DNA of 64,000 nucleotides from Lingula anatina (lineage: Eukaryota > Animalia > Brachiopoda), in the NCBI GenBank assembly GCA_051362555.1, contig CM120645.1, positions 5,332,001-5,396,000 of the forward strand, read 5' to 3'. This document shows positions 35,936 through 49,572 of the stretch, piece by piece. The translations under genes and the position numbers were made by a program. The notes under the pieces were generated by a model. It made no database searches. It was given only the letters and a program-made list of their open reading frames with translations, and was not told where the DNA came from. The first letter of the stretch is position 1. Every line of letters starts with the position of its first letter.

Positions 35936-37135
35936 ATGGCGTCCCACATGGATACAGTCGAGATTTTTGAACTAAATGGCACTAATCACTCGGACACTAA
36001 TGGTTCCAGTGTCTCCACTGGTGCGCCGTATGTCATACCTGCATATATTAACATCGTTGGATATCTGAACCTGTACACCACGCCGATCATAGTGTTCTTC
36101 GGACTTGTCGGAAACGTCCTGTCGTTTTTGGTTTTTAACTACACCTACTTGCATCGTTTGTCGTCTAGCACCTACCTAGCAGCGTTGGCACTAACTGACC
36201 AAATATTTCTTACCATGCTTTTGGTGGGTCCCTGGTTGCAGTCACTAAGCGCGGAGACGCCTCAAGGCATCGACGGCTTATGCCAGTTACAGGTTTATTT
36301 TACAAACGTTGTTGGGTTCCTCTCCGTTGCCTATGTTGTTGGTTTTACTGTCGAACGTTACGTGGCCGTATGCTATCCGCTGAAAAGGCCGGAATTCTGC
36401 ACATCAAAACGCGCAAAATGTGTCGTGATTTCTCTAGCAGTGTTCGCGTGTGTATTCAACAGCGTTTCCCTTTTCACCAACGGCATTCGCGACGGATACT
36501 GCGCCCCCCTCATAGAAGAACACATGGAGCTCATCATGGGATTTACTTACATAGACACGGTGGTGACACTCATCCTTCCGACTGCCCTTCTTATTTTCAT
36601 GAACATCCGAATCGCCACCAAAGTTGCCTACTTTTACAGCAATCGCCAGGTGATGCACACCGCCTCATCAACGGATAAACTCACTGTGGTGCTCATGAGA
36701 TTTCATAACGGCGTTCAAACAGTCGACACGGGGCTGTTGACACACGGGGGGAAGAGACTCCGAAGAACACAGGTAAAAATCACGAAAATGCTCCTATTGG
36801 TCTCCACTGTGTTCCTTGTGCTCAATTTGCCCAGCCATTCCATGAGGGTGTACCATCTGGTCGTTACGAGCAAGCGCGAAGGGTACAGCGTTTCGCCCTT
36901 AGAATGGGCCCTGCAGCAGATCTTTCAGCTATTATATTACACCAACTTTGCAATCAACTTCGCTCTCTACAGTCTTTCCGGTCAAAACTTTCGCAAGGCC
37001 TTACGGAGACTTTTGGGGAAAGTGAAATACAAAGCTAATCGATTTTTCACCCATGTCGGGACCACCATGCGGCGGCGTTCTGTATGGTCCCGATCGTCCC
37101 CATTGCCGGATATAGATACCAGATTTACACCCTGA
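35936..37135 (+). CDS. Class A (rhodopsin-like) neuropeptide GPCR, CNMamide/elevenin-receptor-like; intronless CDS of 399 aa
   Basis: Seven hydrophobic segments; N-terminal NGT/NHS/NGS sequons; GLVGN, YLAALALTD, TVERYVAVCYPLKR, ITKMLLLVSTVFLVLNLPSH, NFAINFALYSLSGQNFRKAL. First in-frame ATG is at 35936. The subfamily call rests on recalled motif similarity only. Confidence 0.93.
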   Translation: MASHMDTVEIFELNGTNHSDTNGSSVSTGAPYVIPAYINIVGYLNLYTTPIIVFFGLVGNVLSFLVFNYTYLHRLSSSTYLAALALTDQIFLTMLLVGPWLQSLSAETPQGIDGLCQLQVYFTNVVGFLSVAYVVGFTVERYVAVCYPLKRPEFCTSKRAKCVVISLAVFACVFNSVSLFTNGIRDGYCAPLIEEHMELIMGFTYIDTVVTLILPTALLIFMNIRIATKVAYFYSNRQVMHTASSTDKLTVVLMRFHNGVQTVDTGLLTHGGKRLRRTQVKITKMLLLVSTVFLVLNLPSHSMRVYHLVVTSKREGYSVSPLEWALQQIFQLLYYTNFAINFALYSLSGQNFRKALRRLLGKVKYKANRFFTHVGTTMRRRSVWSRSSPLPDIDTRFTP

Positions 37136-40100
37136 CTAACTTTAAGAAGGAAAAGGAAAGTACCACTTGGACATGTTGTTAAACGCAAAGACAGTTAACA
37201 AAAACGACGAGGAACACAACAAACAAGGACGATATGAACACTGTGACATTGGCGCTATCTTAATGAGCGAACGAGCACCGCAGTAGCAACCCAAGGTGCG
37301 GTAAAAGTACAGAGCGATGACAAAAACAATCAGCTCAATAACTATTTAATCAGGGGTACTTTTAAACCATTACGTGGCTTACTGAATTTTTGAAACAAGC
37401 CATTTCTCTACAAATGTTCGATAACAGACATGAAGAATAAAAGGATCAATGAAATGATCTGTCAATGTATAAATTACATGGCCCATTGTAAACTCATGAA
37501 AAGCTAAAGCGAATTATTCAGTGAGACAATTCTTTGAATGGCACCAGTTGCGATGAAAGAAAAGAAGGCGATTGCAAGCTAAATCGCTGTGACTATTTAT
37601 GTGATAATATCGTGGATATCTGTAGATCATTCTCTTTCATAATACGTGATGTTCTTGTGACAATTTGCCGTCCTCAAAGACAGTTAACACTTGGATAATC
37701 AACAAAATTCAATTAGTGAGCATCGGGTTTACTAGAACACGTTTAACTGTATACCTTACGTAAGAAAAAAACAGTGTTTTTTATTACATGGTGCTATAGA
37801 AAAGTCGAAGATTTTCGACTGAATTGCGTGATATATGGACATGTCATCTCGTATACATATACTAATGAATATTATTTTTACATCAATTCTATTGTGATCA
37901 TGTATTTCAGTATTTGTTCAGTAAACAGTTGTTATTTATAAAAAAAAGTACTTTTTTCCTTTTTTTTAATTGCCATTATGAAATAAGCAAAATTAATATG
38001 GTGCATTGACAGGTTTGACTCTTTATAAAACTCTTTAGAGAAACTTTGTCATAAATTCTAGATCTTTTTTCATACTAATTATCTGATCTAATACATTTTC
38101 ATCCATATCCACATCGTTTTAATTCAGTCAGTAGGAATTACAAGTTATTTTATTGCACGTCCCCAGGCAATTACTCTTGCTTGCAAGCAGCTAGCCCACG
38201 TGTATTATGGCTGTCGGGAAGTGATCGATTTCTTAGGCAGTTTACAGCCCAGGTACTATACGCCTACCTATCAAATAGCCCCTTATAGCGATGAAGGTTC
38301 TTTTAAAGCCACCTAAAACTGCCAATTTGGTATCAGCTCCACAGATTTAATTTGCCTATCTTGCTGAAATGTAAGCTTCGGCTAGGATTCTTCTGCTGAA
38401 ATAAGTAGGAAGGGGCATTTAATTTCCAATGACTGATTCTACGAAGAATAGTTAAACGAAGTAAATAGCTTCCAATTAGACTGATATTGTCGTTGAGTAG
38501 TTCAGACAGATTTTCTCACATTTGAAAAAAAAAATTCCCAAAACAGCTAAATTTATCTCTAATTATGTGAGTCCAGGTTGGAGTTGATTGCTATTTTAGT
38601 ACATTAATTGGTTAATCGACATGCCATGGAGAAAAACATATCAGATTATCTATACTCAAAAGCATGACCGCGTACAGTAGGTGCAGAAAAATGTAACCAA
38701 AGTAATGAAAGTAAGAAGTCGCAGGAGATACAGTGTAATCAATACTGGCGAGACATATACTGAAGTAAAAATGTAGATTGGGAGATCGCTAACAGGTCGC
38801 CCACCAATATCAGTCAAACATACTTCGAGGTTTTGGGGGTTGTTTTTCGGTAAAATGTGAGTGCTTTTTCTAAGCATGTATGTCAAATAACACATTGCCA
38901 CCCTATTGTTCTGGCATCAATCGCTCGGTGACAGTGTATTAATTGACTCTCACATAATGGCATCAGCTGTCAGGAGGGTTACCTCAAGAGATCTTTTTAA
39001 GAAATTAAAATGGGCGATCTTGGTTTGGGATGCTATGTTAATTTCGGTACGGAGTGAAATCTCGGATGGCTTTTTCCACACATCCAAACGCACACACAGG
39101 AAAACGTACATACACACTGACGGAATCAGAACGGGGGAAAAGGTCGCGTTATAGAGAACAGATCACCGGTGATTTGACAATGACAGCATCAAAAATCAAT
39201 ATGCGTGTCTTCTGGAAAAGATTATTTGACATGCGTTTATAACTTTCCCGTAAATTTTAAGCGAATTAAAGGATATACAGGTAAAATCCCATTTGAAATA
39301 AGTATAAGGTCCAGACATAAGAAAACCCGTATTGGAAATTCCACTCTGCAAAAGTGACACGAAGAAGAAGATTGATTCTGCGACTTATGACCTACTTGGT
39401 CGCGCTTAACTTCTACAAAATTTCCATTTTCTATATACCAATATTGTCTATCACGGTCGGGATTTTTTTTATACATGTATTACATGTATCTTTAGTGTAA
39501 ATGGAAAGGCACACATTAATTCCCCGTTCTCTGATATATATTTCCAATCAACTCGATATATATGTGGATTGGACCATGAGGCACCAGACGCAATGGCGCA
39601 ATTCATTTTTTCATATAGATGCACAGCAACGGATCTAGCACGAAAGGACAAGAATAACGTCTTTGGTGACACTATTGAAAATATTAACTTTTTTTTTCAA
39701 CTCATAAACCACCAACACAATATTTTCAGTCCTCCGAGCAATTTAGTTTTGAATACTGCATGCGCTGAAACGTGCAGTAACAGAGGTGACTTTTATTCGA
39801 TCAAGGAAACTTCAAAATACAATTTGAGCTTATAACCACAAGCCTTTCACTAACCCACAAATGGGAACAGTTGGGGCACGGGAGAGGAAATGAAAGAAGA
39901 TGAGCTGAAATATTTGCAATGTGTGCCCGAAACCTTTTCAATTCCTGTTTGTTTATTGAATTATATTTACGTCTGGGTGTAAAGGGACTGGTCCTTCTTA
40001 CATGCATATTTTTCTCGAGCATAGTGACAACAAAAAATGTAATGTTGGAATTAAAAAGCAAACAAGCATATAGGTGCAATATTTGTTGTACACATTCTAG

Positions 40101-40419
40101 TCAATGGTTTTAGCGTCATTGGTTACATCCAGGACATTTAATGCCTAAGTTTCCAAATATACAGCGCTGTTTTTTTCATGCTTCAAGCTATTTTGGCAGT
40201 CTACCGGTGACACTCTTTGGAACACACGACATTCTCTGTGACACAGCGGAAACTGTGGCTGTTGGCACTGCTTCAAATCAACGCTCACATAACCACAAAA
40301 CTGCTTCTATCTCTACCCCTCGATATTAACGATAACAAGAATGTTGTTTTTACCCCATCGCCTGAACGTTTAGAAAGGCCCTGTCACGTAAGCATGACAA
40401 AAGACATTTAATTGTGGCC

Positions 40420-40479
40420 TAGGACACATTCACACTCGTCGGTTTTGAATCGATCTTTACTCAAACGTGAATGTGCCTA
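40420..40479. mobile_element. Very short TIR relic (PIF/Harbinger-like)
   Basis: taggacacattcac ... gtgaatgtgccta inverted ends spanning 60 bp. Confidence 0.4.
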
Positions 40480-42380
40480 ACTATACTGACCCGCTATATG
40501 TCATAAAAACAGTCGAAGTCTAGCTTAATTCTTGTTTGATGATCTGTTGCACTTCTAATAAATGCCTTGCAGCAAGATTAGATAACCTGGAGTTTTAGAT
40601 AAGTAAGTTCTACATAAAAAAATGTAAACAGGCCTTAACTTTGGATGTTTATTAAGGCGGGATAGCAAAAGAAAAATATGTAGGCGTAACCATAGAAATA
40701 AAATAAGAGAAAGAGTCTCCATTTGCATACACATTTCCGACAAGTTAAAGCAGCTTACGACTTTGAAACTCACGGTACTCCCACAGCTGATTTTAAATTC
40801 CTTGTTAACTGCCAGTTTATTTTTCGAGCTTTTCTCCATAAACAATGCGTGAAGAGAACACGCGAAAACATGTGAAAACATGTGAAAAGAACTGAAAATG
40901 CAGATAACAATGTGCTTGGCTTTAAGAGTATCCGGATTAATAAAAGAGCATTATAATCATTAGTTTTTCAGGCCGTCTGTCGTGCCTGGACACTTCTGTC
41001 ATTTATACTGTATGCTTTCGAGTGCGAGATACATAGAACAGAACATATGCCGAAGCCATTTACTCACCTCTTAAACCATAGGTGAAAAAGTTAAAATAAT
41101 TTCCGTCACTCCCAGAGAGAAAAATTACACTTTAGAAGAATTCTTTATAATACAGGATCGATACAAAAACTCATCATTGGAACCTAGTTTACAGGAAGGC
41201 AAAAAGTTTTTTAATGCAAAGTCAATTTTAAATGGTAGCAATACTCAAAGGATTATTAAATGTAAATATTAATATCGGAATTACATTGTAGTAAAGATGA
41301 TTAGAAATATTATACATGTGATGGTATGGCGTTTCATTTCATTTACAGACCTGAGAAAAAGAAACAATCACTAAAATCCAAATTTGCCAAAGAAGAAATA
41401 AAAAAAAAAGAAGAAAATATGAAAGGGATATGAAAGGGATATATCGCGACGGTTAAGGCACTGATTTACAGATCTTTATAGAGAAAAAAAAGAAAAATGC
41501 CATATAGGCCAAAATTGCCGAGACAAAACTTCAACATAAAAGATAAGAAGTCATTTCAGGTGGACACATTGTATCAGAGGAAGTTCTTTAATCGGAGTTC
41601 TCAATCAACGCCACGTGCGTTGTCATGAAGGAAATGGACCACATCAATTTTCATCATATGCAATTATGGAAAGGCAGATGTCATTTATACACTGCCGTTG
41701 ACGGCGGACCCAGTAGCTGAGCTTGCAAAGCTGACCAAAGTATACATCGATTTTAAGGCGTTTCGATAAAGATGAGCTTCATGCTTTATATATGCATGGA
41801 TCATTTTGTAATCGAATAACAGCGATGGTTATCATGGCGTAATGTGATAATGAACGCTTACGCTGGCCAAACAATCGCCTCTTCTGCAGATATATAACAA
41901 CTCCTCTGACAAGATAGAAATGAAAAATTGCAAGTAATTAAAAATGGCAGTGATTTTCAAATTTCGATTTTGCTGGGGAGTGCTGAAGAAATGATTCACT
42001 CTACAAAAATCAATTTTTAAATTCTTCTTCCAAGTGTTGCATTCGATGCAAAGAATTTTTTAATTAAAATTTATAGCTTTTGTTGAAAAGTAAGTGGTCC
42101 CCTATCACCCCTTTCTCAAGCGATGATGCTTCAACTATTTAGATACTGACACGGAAAATAGCCAACGTAACTTAACATGGGCTCAAACAGTCTGTGGGTT
42201 CCAGTCTGTGTACGTATTGGCGGGACAACACTGCAAAACTGAATAAAAACAAAATGAAATAATAATCATTATTCCAAAAGGAAATAATGAAGAGTAATGA
42301 AAATAGATATTGATAGAAAAAGATCCGTTTAAGGGTAGGGCCTACACAATTGCCGGAACATGATATCAGGCTTATATCTC

Positions 42381-42866
42381 TTGCAGACGAAGGTAAAGGG
42401 CGAGACATAGGCTTATATCTCTGAAAAAGTCCGTTGCACTGGATGACATAAATTTCGAAAAGTTGGTTAGGCAATATTGCCTATGCATAAAGGGTCGGCT
42501 GACAGTTTGTGTCACTAGTGCTGTTACTTCCTTGCAGACGAAGGTAAAGGGCGAGACATAGGCTTATATCTCTGAAAAAGTCCGTTGCACTGGATGACAG
42601 AAATTTCGAAAAGTTGGTTAGGCAATATTGCCTATGCGTAAAGGGTCGGCTGACAGTTTGTGTCACTAGTGCTCTTACTTCCTTGCAGACGAAGGTAAAG
42701 GGCGAGACATAGGCTTATATCTCTGAAAAAGTCCGTTGCACTGGATGACATATATTTCGAAAAGTTGGTTAGGCAATATTGCCTATGCGTAAAGGGTCGG
42801 CTGACAGTTTGTGTCACTAGTGCTCTTACTTCCTTGCAGACGAAGGTAAAGGGGGAGACATAGGCT
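42381..42866. repeat. Tandem array of a 151-bp unit, about 3.2 copies
   Basis: gcgagacataggcttatatc at 42400, 42551 and 42702; units differ at only a few positions. Confidence 0.96.
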
Positions 42867-44778
42867 AAGATAACGAATTTTCTTAACGAATCCCCTAATT
42901 TGATTTCTTATCATAATAGAATAAGTAAAAGATCGTAAGTGAGAGAATCGAGGACTGCTAGAGCAACACGCAGTTTTTTTCTTTTTTCAAACATGTTGAC
43001 GTGTGTTAAAATGTGTAGGCAGATGAGCATGCGTGTGAGGCTTAATTGAATCGATGTGTAACAATATGTTCCTAGACCAGTAATGTGATCGTGACTATAT
43101 ACGCTTCATTCGCTTTATTTCAGGGGTGTTTTTCGATGAAATCGCGGTGTATTATTTCAAACATGTCAACCGTGTATATACTTGTATTTGTAAATAAGAC
43201 ACACCCCCGTTCACATCAGGATTAAATTACACCTAAATCAGAATAAAGTATCTATTAGATAGAGAGTTCACGACAGAAGTCCCGATAAAACCTCCCCCCT
43301 CTTGTTCCATAGGTGTCTATACAGTATTGAAAGTCTAAGTTGAACGTAATCCAAACGCATCATAAGACAACGACCCCCGTCTGATTCCACTCCATTATAA
43401 TCTATTCCTACCGCACATAACGCCTATTGACAAACCAGATATTCATTTCTAGGATAATCCTATTATGAATAACCAAAGATTTTGCAGAATCTTGACATTA
43501 AGCTTGAAGACATCCTTTGCTTTGTCAAACACGACAAATAAGGTCTAATAATTTGAATATCCGAATGAAAGTAATAAGTACATGTCATTAATGGAAAAAG
43601 ATTAAAAGGAATTCGGTTTTTAAGAATCCCAGGTAAGCAATCGTGAAGAAAACAGATGTCAACATAAAATGTTCTAAATTAATTTCCCGCCTTTAAAAGA
43701 ATCACAACACTGACATCTATTCGCCAATCAGGGGCTCTCTTTAGATCTATAATTTAAACTTTTGCCTTGCCTTCCTATCAATAAAACATTTGAATGTCCT
43801 CTCTCATGATTTTTTGCTATTTTTGTTATCCCGCTGGGTAAAAATACACATGTAAGAAGACTTTAGAAAGCTGAGTATGCTAAATGAAAGCGCGGGAAAG
43901 GGGTATTTTTGTAGCCATTATATAACAACAAAAGAGTAAATAGGGCCTAAAAGATTCATTTTATTTTAGGGCAAGAGGATGACACTGTTTTTCTTTTGTA
44001 TCAATAACAGTCAAGTCTACGTTTAACAAAAGTTTCAATGTTTTTTATGATCTATCAAAATCCCATCAAAATCCCAAGAGGCGTTGGTGATAAATAAATT
44101 TCTGGGATCAATTCACATGGCAGACCACAGTGGCAGGCATCTAAATCACTTAACCAAGAGACTTTTTTCTCGACTAGACACATAGTTGGGCAAGTTCTAA
44201 AGCAGCCTATCTCACATCCTAATTTCCCTGTAATATATATGCAATAAGTTCAGACTAGAAGTACTTAACACACATGAATGGATCCACATCTCCGATCTGA
44301 AGGTGTCTTTTTGCTGGGCTGCTTACACCAGCACTTCTAAGACCTGGTGACGCAGTAAGTCATGCCCACAGCCCGTTTTGTTTCGTAACTGATAATAGAT
44401 AGAATTCAAGTCCCATTTTATAAAGCAGCAAACCTCATTCAAGCGTACAAAGCTGTTTATGTCTTATATAAGATTTTATGGAATCAAATCTAATAAAATA
44501 TTTGAAACGCTCTTCTTTTCCCAGGTGGACCGCCTTAATTGCATTTTTCTTTCCGCCTTCATTGGTGACAGATTGGGTTGATAAAACAGAGGTTGTCGTG
44601 AGTATATTACAAAGTGCAGATATGTATATGGTTCTCTAGGGAAACCAGAGATGCATAAACCATGGAAAAATAATTGTGGTCATTCGAGGTAAGGGAGAAT
44701 TCACTAATGGGCCTGATGGACCTTCTCAGATTCGATCCACATTACGTCGGCAATCAGAACTTGAGTTGACGGTGTCTT

Positions 44779-47700
44779 TCCGTATACGGCCACTTCCAAA
44801 ACATTTAGGTAACAGTTATCGGTGACATTTTTCATTGTAACGTCAGTGTCCTGAAATGACAATGAGTAGTTTAATGACAGCCAATTAAGATATTTTTTGA
44901 CCAAGTTGTTTTCGGTCTACGGGGATGTGGTGAGAATATGTCCATTGTTAGAAGATTGAAGGTCCGGCTTAAATGAAACTTTCTGCCAGCGCTTGTCCAT
45001 TTATTGACTGTATAATGCATAATGCATCGATATATCACTTAAGTTGGATACTTTTGTACCACAGGGACTTATGTGTTTTGGAAACTGTGACGGCAAAGGG
45101 CATTATGACCTTGAAGCAAACAAAAAGACACTTTATCAGTTTAGGATCGGAAGTTTATGTACATGTAGCTTGAAAAACAAAGTATTGCATTAACTGCATC
45201 TTGTAAAGATGGCGAACGTTTAGGGACTGACTACTGGTAGCTGTACGTACCGTTATATAATTTATATATGACATATCTAAGACATAAAAATGTCTTCAAA
45301 ACATAGTATTTTGGACGACAGATGGCGTTGGGGAAAGTTTTCTCATTTTGCAACCGCGGTTCCACACAGCTGTGACCATCAAGCGTTTGGACTCATTGTG
45401 AACATGGACAAACAGTACGCTTAGAAACATTACAAATATGAATAACAAGGAAAGTTCTTATACTACAATTGCTTTTAATGCCAACTTACTTAAGAGTATA
45501 AATACATAGATATATTCTAAATAGTAGAAATGCGTATTTCATGAAAAAGCTTCTGCTTGCACTGAAGCATTATGCTCAATTTGGTGTAAAAACATGATGC
45601 ATATGTAATGCAGATAGTTCTCTGTGGTGATTCTTATATATTACCTATGAGGGTAACAATCTGATATTATCTGATCTGGTTAAAAAGACTACTGACATTC
45701 CACTTCACATCTGACCACGATAAATACTGTATTATCAAAGGTTAGATGGCAGTTCCATTACATCATATGTTTCTACCAGTACGTATTTCACAATACATGA
45801 CTTTGTTCGCTTTACATATTCACATTGTTTCCAAGGAATATTCAAAGCAAAATCCTTTAAGTGCAATAAAACCCGCTTCTGTTTGGTTCATATGACGTAA
45901 AGATATTGCAAAATATCCAAGATTTTGAGTTTTCCTGAGAACGTTCACGGTCACAGAGTCACAGTTACAACCACAGTTACAATCAGTTACAGTCAGCTAC
46001 AATGGGAAATAAGACTTTTCTTAAATGGTTTCCTGGCTACTGAAGCCTTTGTTATGACGCTAAAAGTATCATGAATATTGAGTATCGTTTTGTTTCTTAT
46101 AATTTCCTCAACAATTACTAAAAATGTTGAGATTATATTTTAATATTCAAATGTACAGTATCTACTTGTATTTCGAAAGCAGTTGCATTTTACCGGAAAC
46201 AAATTACGAATTTATTACGTTTCATTGAAAAATATTTCTAACGACATAAAATAATTCCCTCCATGTACGTATGTAAAATCAATTGTTTACTACGTAATGC
46301 TAGTGGAGCTTACCCCTCACCTCAATCAATTTTTTGAATTGCTCAATGCAATTAGTTTCACAGATTAGCACGCCTCCTCTTGCTTCCAACGTACTCGTAT
46401 AACAACGAGCTTTTCTGTAAACTACTCAGCGCCAGGAGGTGGCATGTTTTAATCTGTAATGCTGTTTGTTATTCAGCAAGATCTAGACCGACAGTTTCAC
46501 TGGGATTGAGACATCGGAGTTTATTTAGTTTTTCGTTAGGTGTGTTATACAACCTGCAACCTTCAACCTGCAACCTTGAAATCTCATATGTACCCATGGC
46601 AGTGTACAACTGATTCCCTCACTATATATTTCTGGTTAGAAAACAGATTACTCATCACAGAATATATTAAATGATAGTAGATTTCACGGGTGGGCTACGA
46701 AATATATTTACTCTCTGGTGAGCAGGTGCGCTAGTAGTCTGTTACAAAATTATTGTATCGCACACTGTACATGTACAGTTTCGAGCAATCAAATATCAGA
46801 GGGTAAAATACACTTTATGTGAACTTTCAATTAATTATTGTCATTGATAAACCTGGCTACCCATAAAGGGTTGTATAAATACATAGACGGTATAGCTGAA
46901 TAAGAAAAATAAATAAAAAGATAAAAGGTAGAACATTGATAGATATGAAAAGATGGAGATGAAATTCACATTAAACCAATTTAAGAATACGTAGGCTAAA
47001 TAAAATACACATATTAGAAAGTGCAAGGATATGCCAAAAGGCGCCAAACGGTATGATGAGTCTGCATATAGGCGTAATGATGTGGGCACAGGACGAGATT
47101 GTCCTCAAAATTGATAATTTGGTTGTTCTCTTGAAGACAGACTATATCGTCCATTTTAAGATCCCTTTCAATAAGCCAGAATATCCCTGGACGACTGAAA
47201 CCTATTGTCCAAATGAAAATTTAAAAATGAAGGGGTATTTGCTTATGAACTATTTATTCAATATAACTGGCGTACATGTTGTCGCGGATCTTGTGCCTTC
47301 TTGCATGTTCGAAACCAAATTTGCACATTTTTTGCTTATCTCTACTTCTTTTAGTTGGCCATATAGCTTAATTCACCGAAATTAAGACTGCGCTCCATCG
47401 GCAGTCAACTCTTTCAGAAATATAAATAATTGTGAGTTACTCCTTCGAATACCCCCGCTGAGTATCCTATATTCTTATTGAATTGATTTACAATCAGTAA
47501 GTGCACCAGCCTGATATGTGAGTATGTTTCTTTCAGCACAAAAGGAATGGGTTCCAACGTCTGGAGATGGACAATAAAACCAACGACAATCGTTTTCCAA
47601 TACACATTACGGGCCGGCGAAATGACTCCTCTGCTTTGTTGTCTTCACTTTATTTTCTGCACTATTTCCAATTTGTCATAGGCGACTGCGAGTTACTGAT

Positions 47701-48560
47701 TGACTCTGTTGCCCTTGTTCATTTACCACTAATCTATAGCTATACATGCGGTGATCTAGAACTGATTTAGATCATACAGTAAAGTGACCGGTCTGGGGAG
47801 TGATTGGGAGAGTGGCTCCAACCAAACAAAAGGATAAAGTTCTTATTTCATTTTGTTAATTGCAAAATTGGGTAACCATGTACTTTGAAATGTCGATGCC
47901 GAAGTTGTGCCTAGATTAAAAAAAACAGCTAAGTAGCCATGTTGAATACTTGAAAAGGCAACGTAGTCGGCTATTACTACCTGTATTAATTATCTTAGTT
48001 AAGTCCAGTTTTCGACAAGAGTCGTTTTGTGAATCGGGCTTCGGGTACTCTAGACAGAAAATTGGCCCAACTCTTAGGTAAAAAATTGGTGTGCTTTGGG
48101 TCCAAACAAGCCCATAGTGTTTTATTGAAATAAGTATTGGTTTGAATCATGACTGATGTTTTTCTTGTTGTCAACAGGTACAATATTCCATATAGTAGGA
48201 CTAATACTGATTTATATTGGGTCAAATTTCAAACTAATTTTCGGTTGAAGGTCCTTTTCCAAAAGATATCTTACTTAAGGCCATTGTCATGCGGTTCAAC
48301 TCGAAATTCATTCAACCAGTGATAAAGGCTCTGCCAATGTAACAAACCTTGTCGCCATTGAATAGCACAGGCTACCTGTTGCGGGCTCTGTGAGTCATTT
48401 GCAATACAAAAATAGAATCGGGCATACTGAATGTACTGCCAAGTACATGCTGCGGGCACGTCGAGTTGGTGAAACCAACTATGTTGAGCCAATGTATGCC
48501 AACACTGTTGAAATGATTTAGATTGATCAATTCTGAAACCGCCATTAGTGGTCAAGTCAC
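44779..48560 (-). pseudogene. Possible decayed fucolectin (F-type lectin / F5-8-like) domain fragments
   Basis: Minus-strand pieces in domain order: QCWHT..SW..LD..IQYAR (~48415-48555), PFAVTVS..PCGT..C..INGQ across frameshifts (~44985-45109), YLNVLEVAVYG (44779-44811). Confidence 0.3.
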
Positions 48561-48824
48561 TCTATGGTTCTTCCGGAGTTCACTTTACGTCCAATAAAGA
48601 AAGGCCATTACAAACTCTAGGTTTGATACATCATTATGACCTTCTGCAACCAACTGATGTATATTTGTTATTGCTCAACACAAAAAAGGACACTTTTTTA
48701 TTCTTAGTTGCCATTACCACAAATTATATTTCCATAAGATACCGAGAGAAGCCATTCAATTGCCTATTGGGATCTGTATTGGGTCACCTTGATCCTTTTC
48801 TTGGGGGGAAAAACACACACCCGT

Positions 48825-48855
<31 letters not shown>

Positions 48856-49400
48856 TATTTATTTATTTATCTATCGTATACTTTACTTTGTTTGCTGGGG
48901 GATACAAATCATAGAGACCATTCCCACAGATATTTAGATCGATCTATCCCTCTGGGGAGTCTCACTTAATTGCTGTCAACTTGGCCGGCTTTAATGTCTG
49001 TCACGCTAGTAAAGCTGTTAGTGGGTAATTACCTTTACCCTAACTGATTCGGTAGGCGTGACAGACATTTAAGCCTCTTGAGCTGACAGCAATTTAGTGT
49101 GAACTCCCAGAAAGTTAGGTCGATCTAGATGGATCGATCTCAATCTGTGGGAATGCAGTCTTAATGTGTACCAAATTTCGCTACCTCTGTACCAGTTACG
49201 TTTCCTCTCAAAAGTGCAATACCCAATACGTTTTTCTGCTGTCTTTGCGGTCCACTTACGTACACGTGTTGGCATTTGTAAGAAAAGAAAGGACACAGGT
49301 GTGCATGTACTGAGGAGCAAGGTTACATCTGCATGCGAATATGTGGAAGAGAGCATGCAGTTATAGTTTGTCGGTATAACGTCGCCATGTTAGGCTCTGT

Positions 49401-49572
49401 CCGATGTGACAGAAAATGGTAGTTCTAGGAATGGTAGTTCGGGTACCCGTGTGATTAGTAGAGGTTAGGGTTATTGGGAGAATTTGGGTTAATATTTAGG
49501 ACGAATGTCACCTGTACAAAGTAATGGGGCCGGACTTCGGTTCCCAGCCGACTACCATTCCTGTCACACCAG
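49401..49572 (-). mobile_element. Dispersed MITE copy B with TIRs and a telomere-like GGTTAGGGTTA motif
   Basis: tgtgacagaaaatggtagt ... actaccattcctgtcaca inverted ends; homologous to 30058-30209. Confidence 0.75.

Noticed and set aside
36280-37188. Overlapping and antisense ORFs in the GPCR, likewise at 12030-12396 and 16272-16615
   Set aside because: Shadow frames of real coding exons with no independent motifs.
42381-42866. 151-bp array read as a CRISPR array or as repeated small ORFs (42481-42666, 42632-42817)
   Set aside because: There are no unique spacers and no cas genes, and the context is eukaryotic. The ORFs are by-products of the repeat.
45949-46002. Short cagttaca-type repeats, and small duplications at 3877, 40864, 41419 and 46550
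   Set aside because: Ordinary slippage-type micro-duplications.
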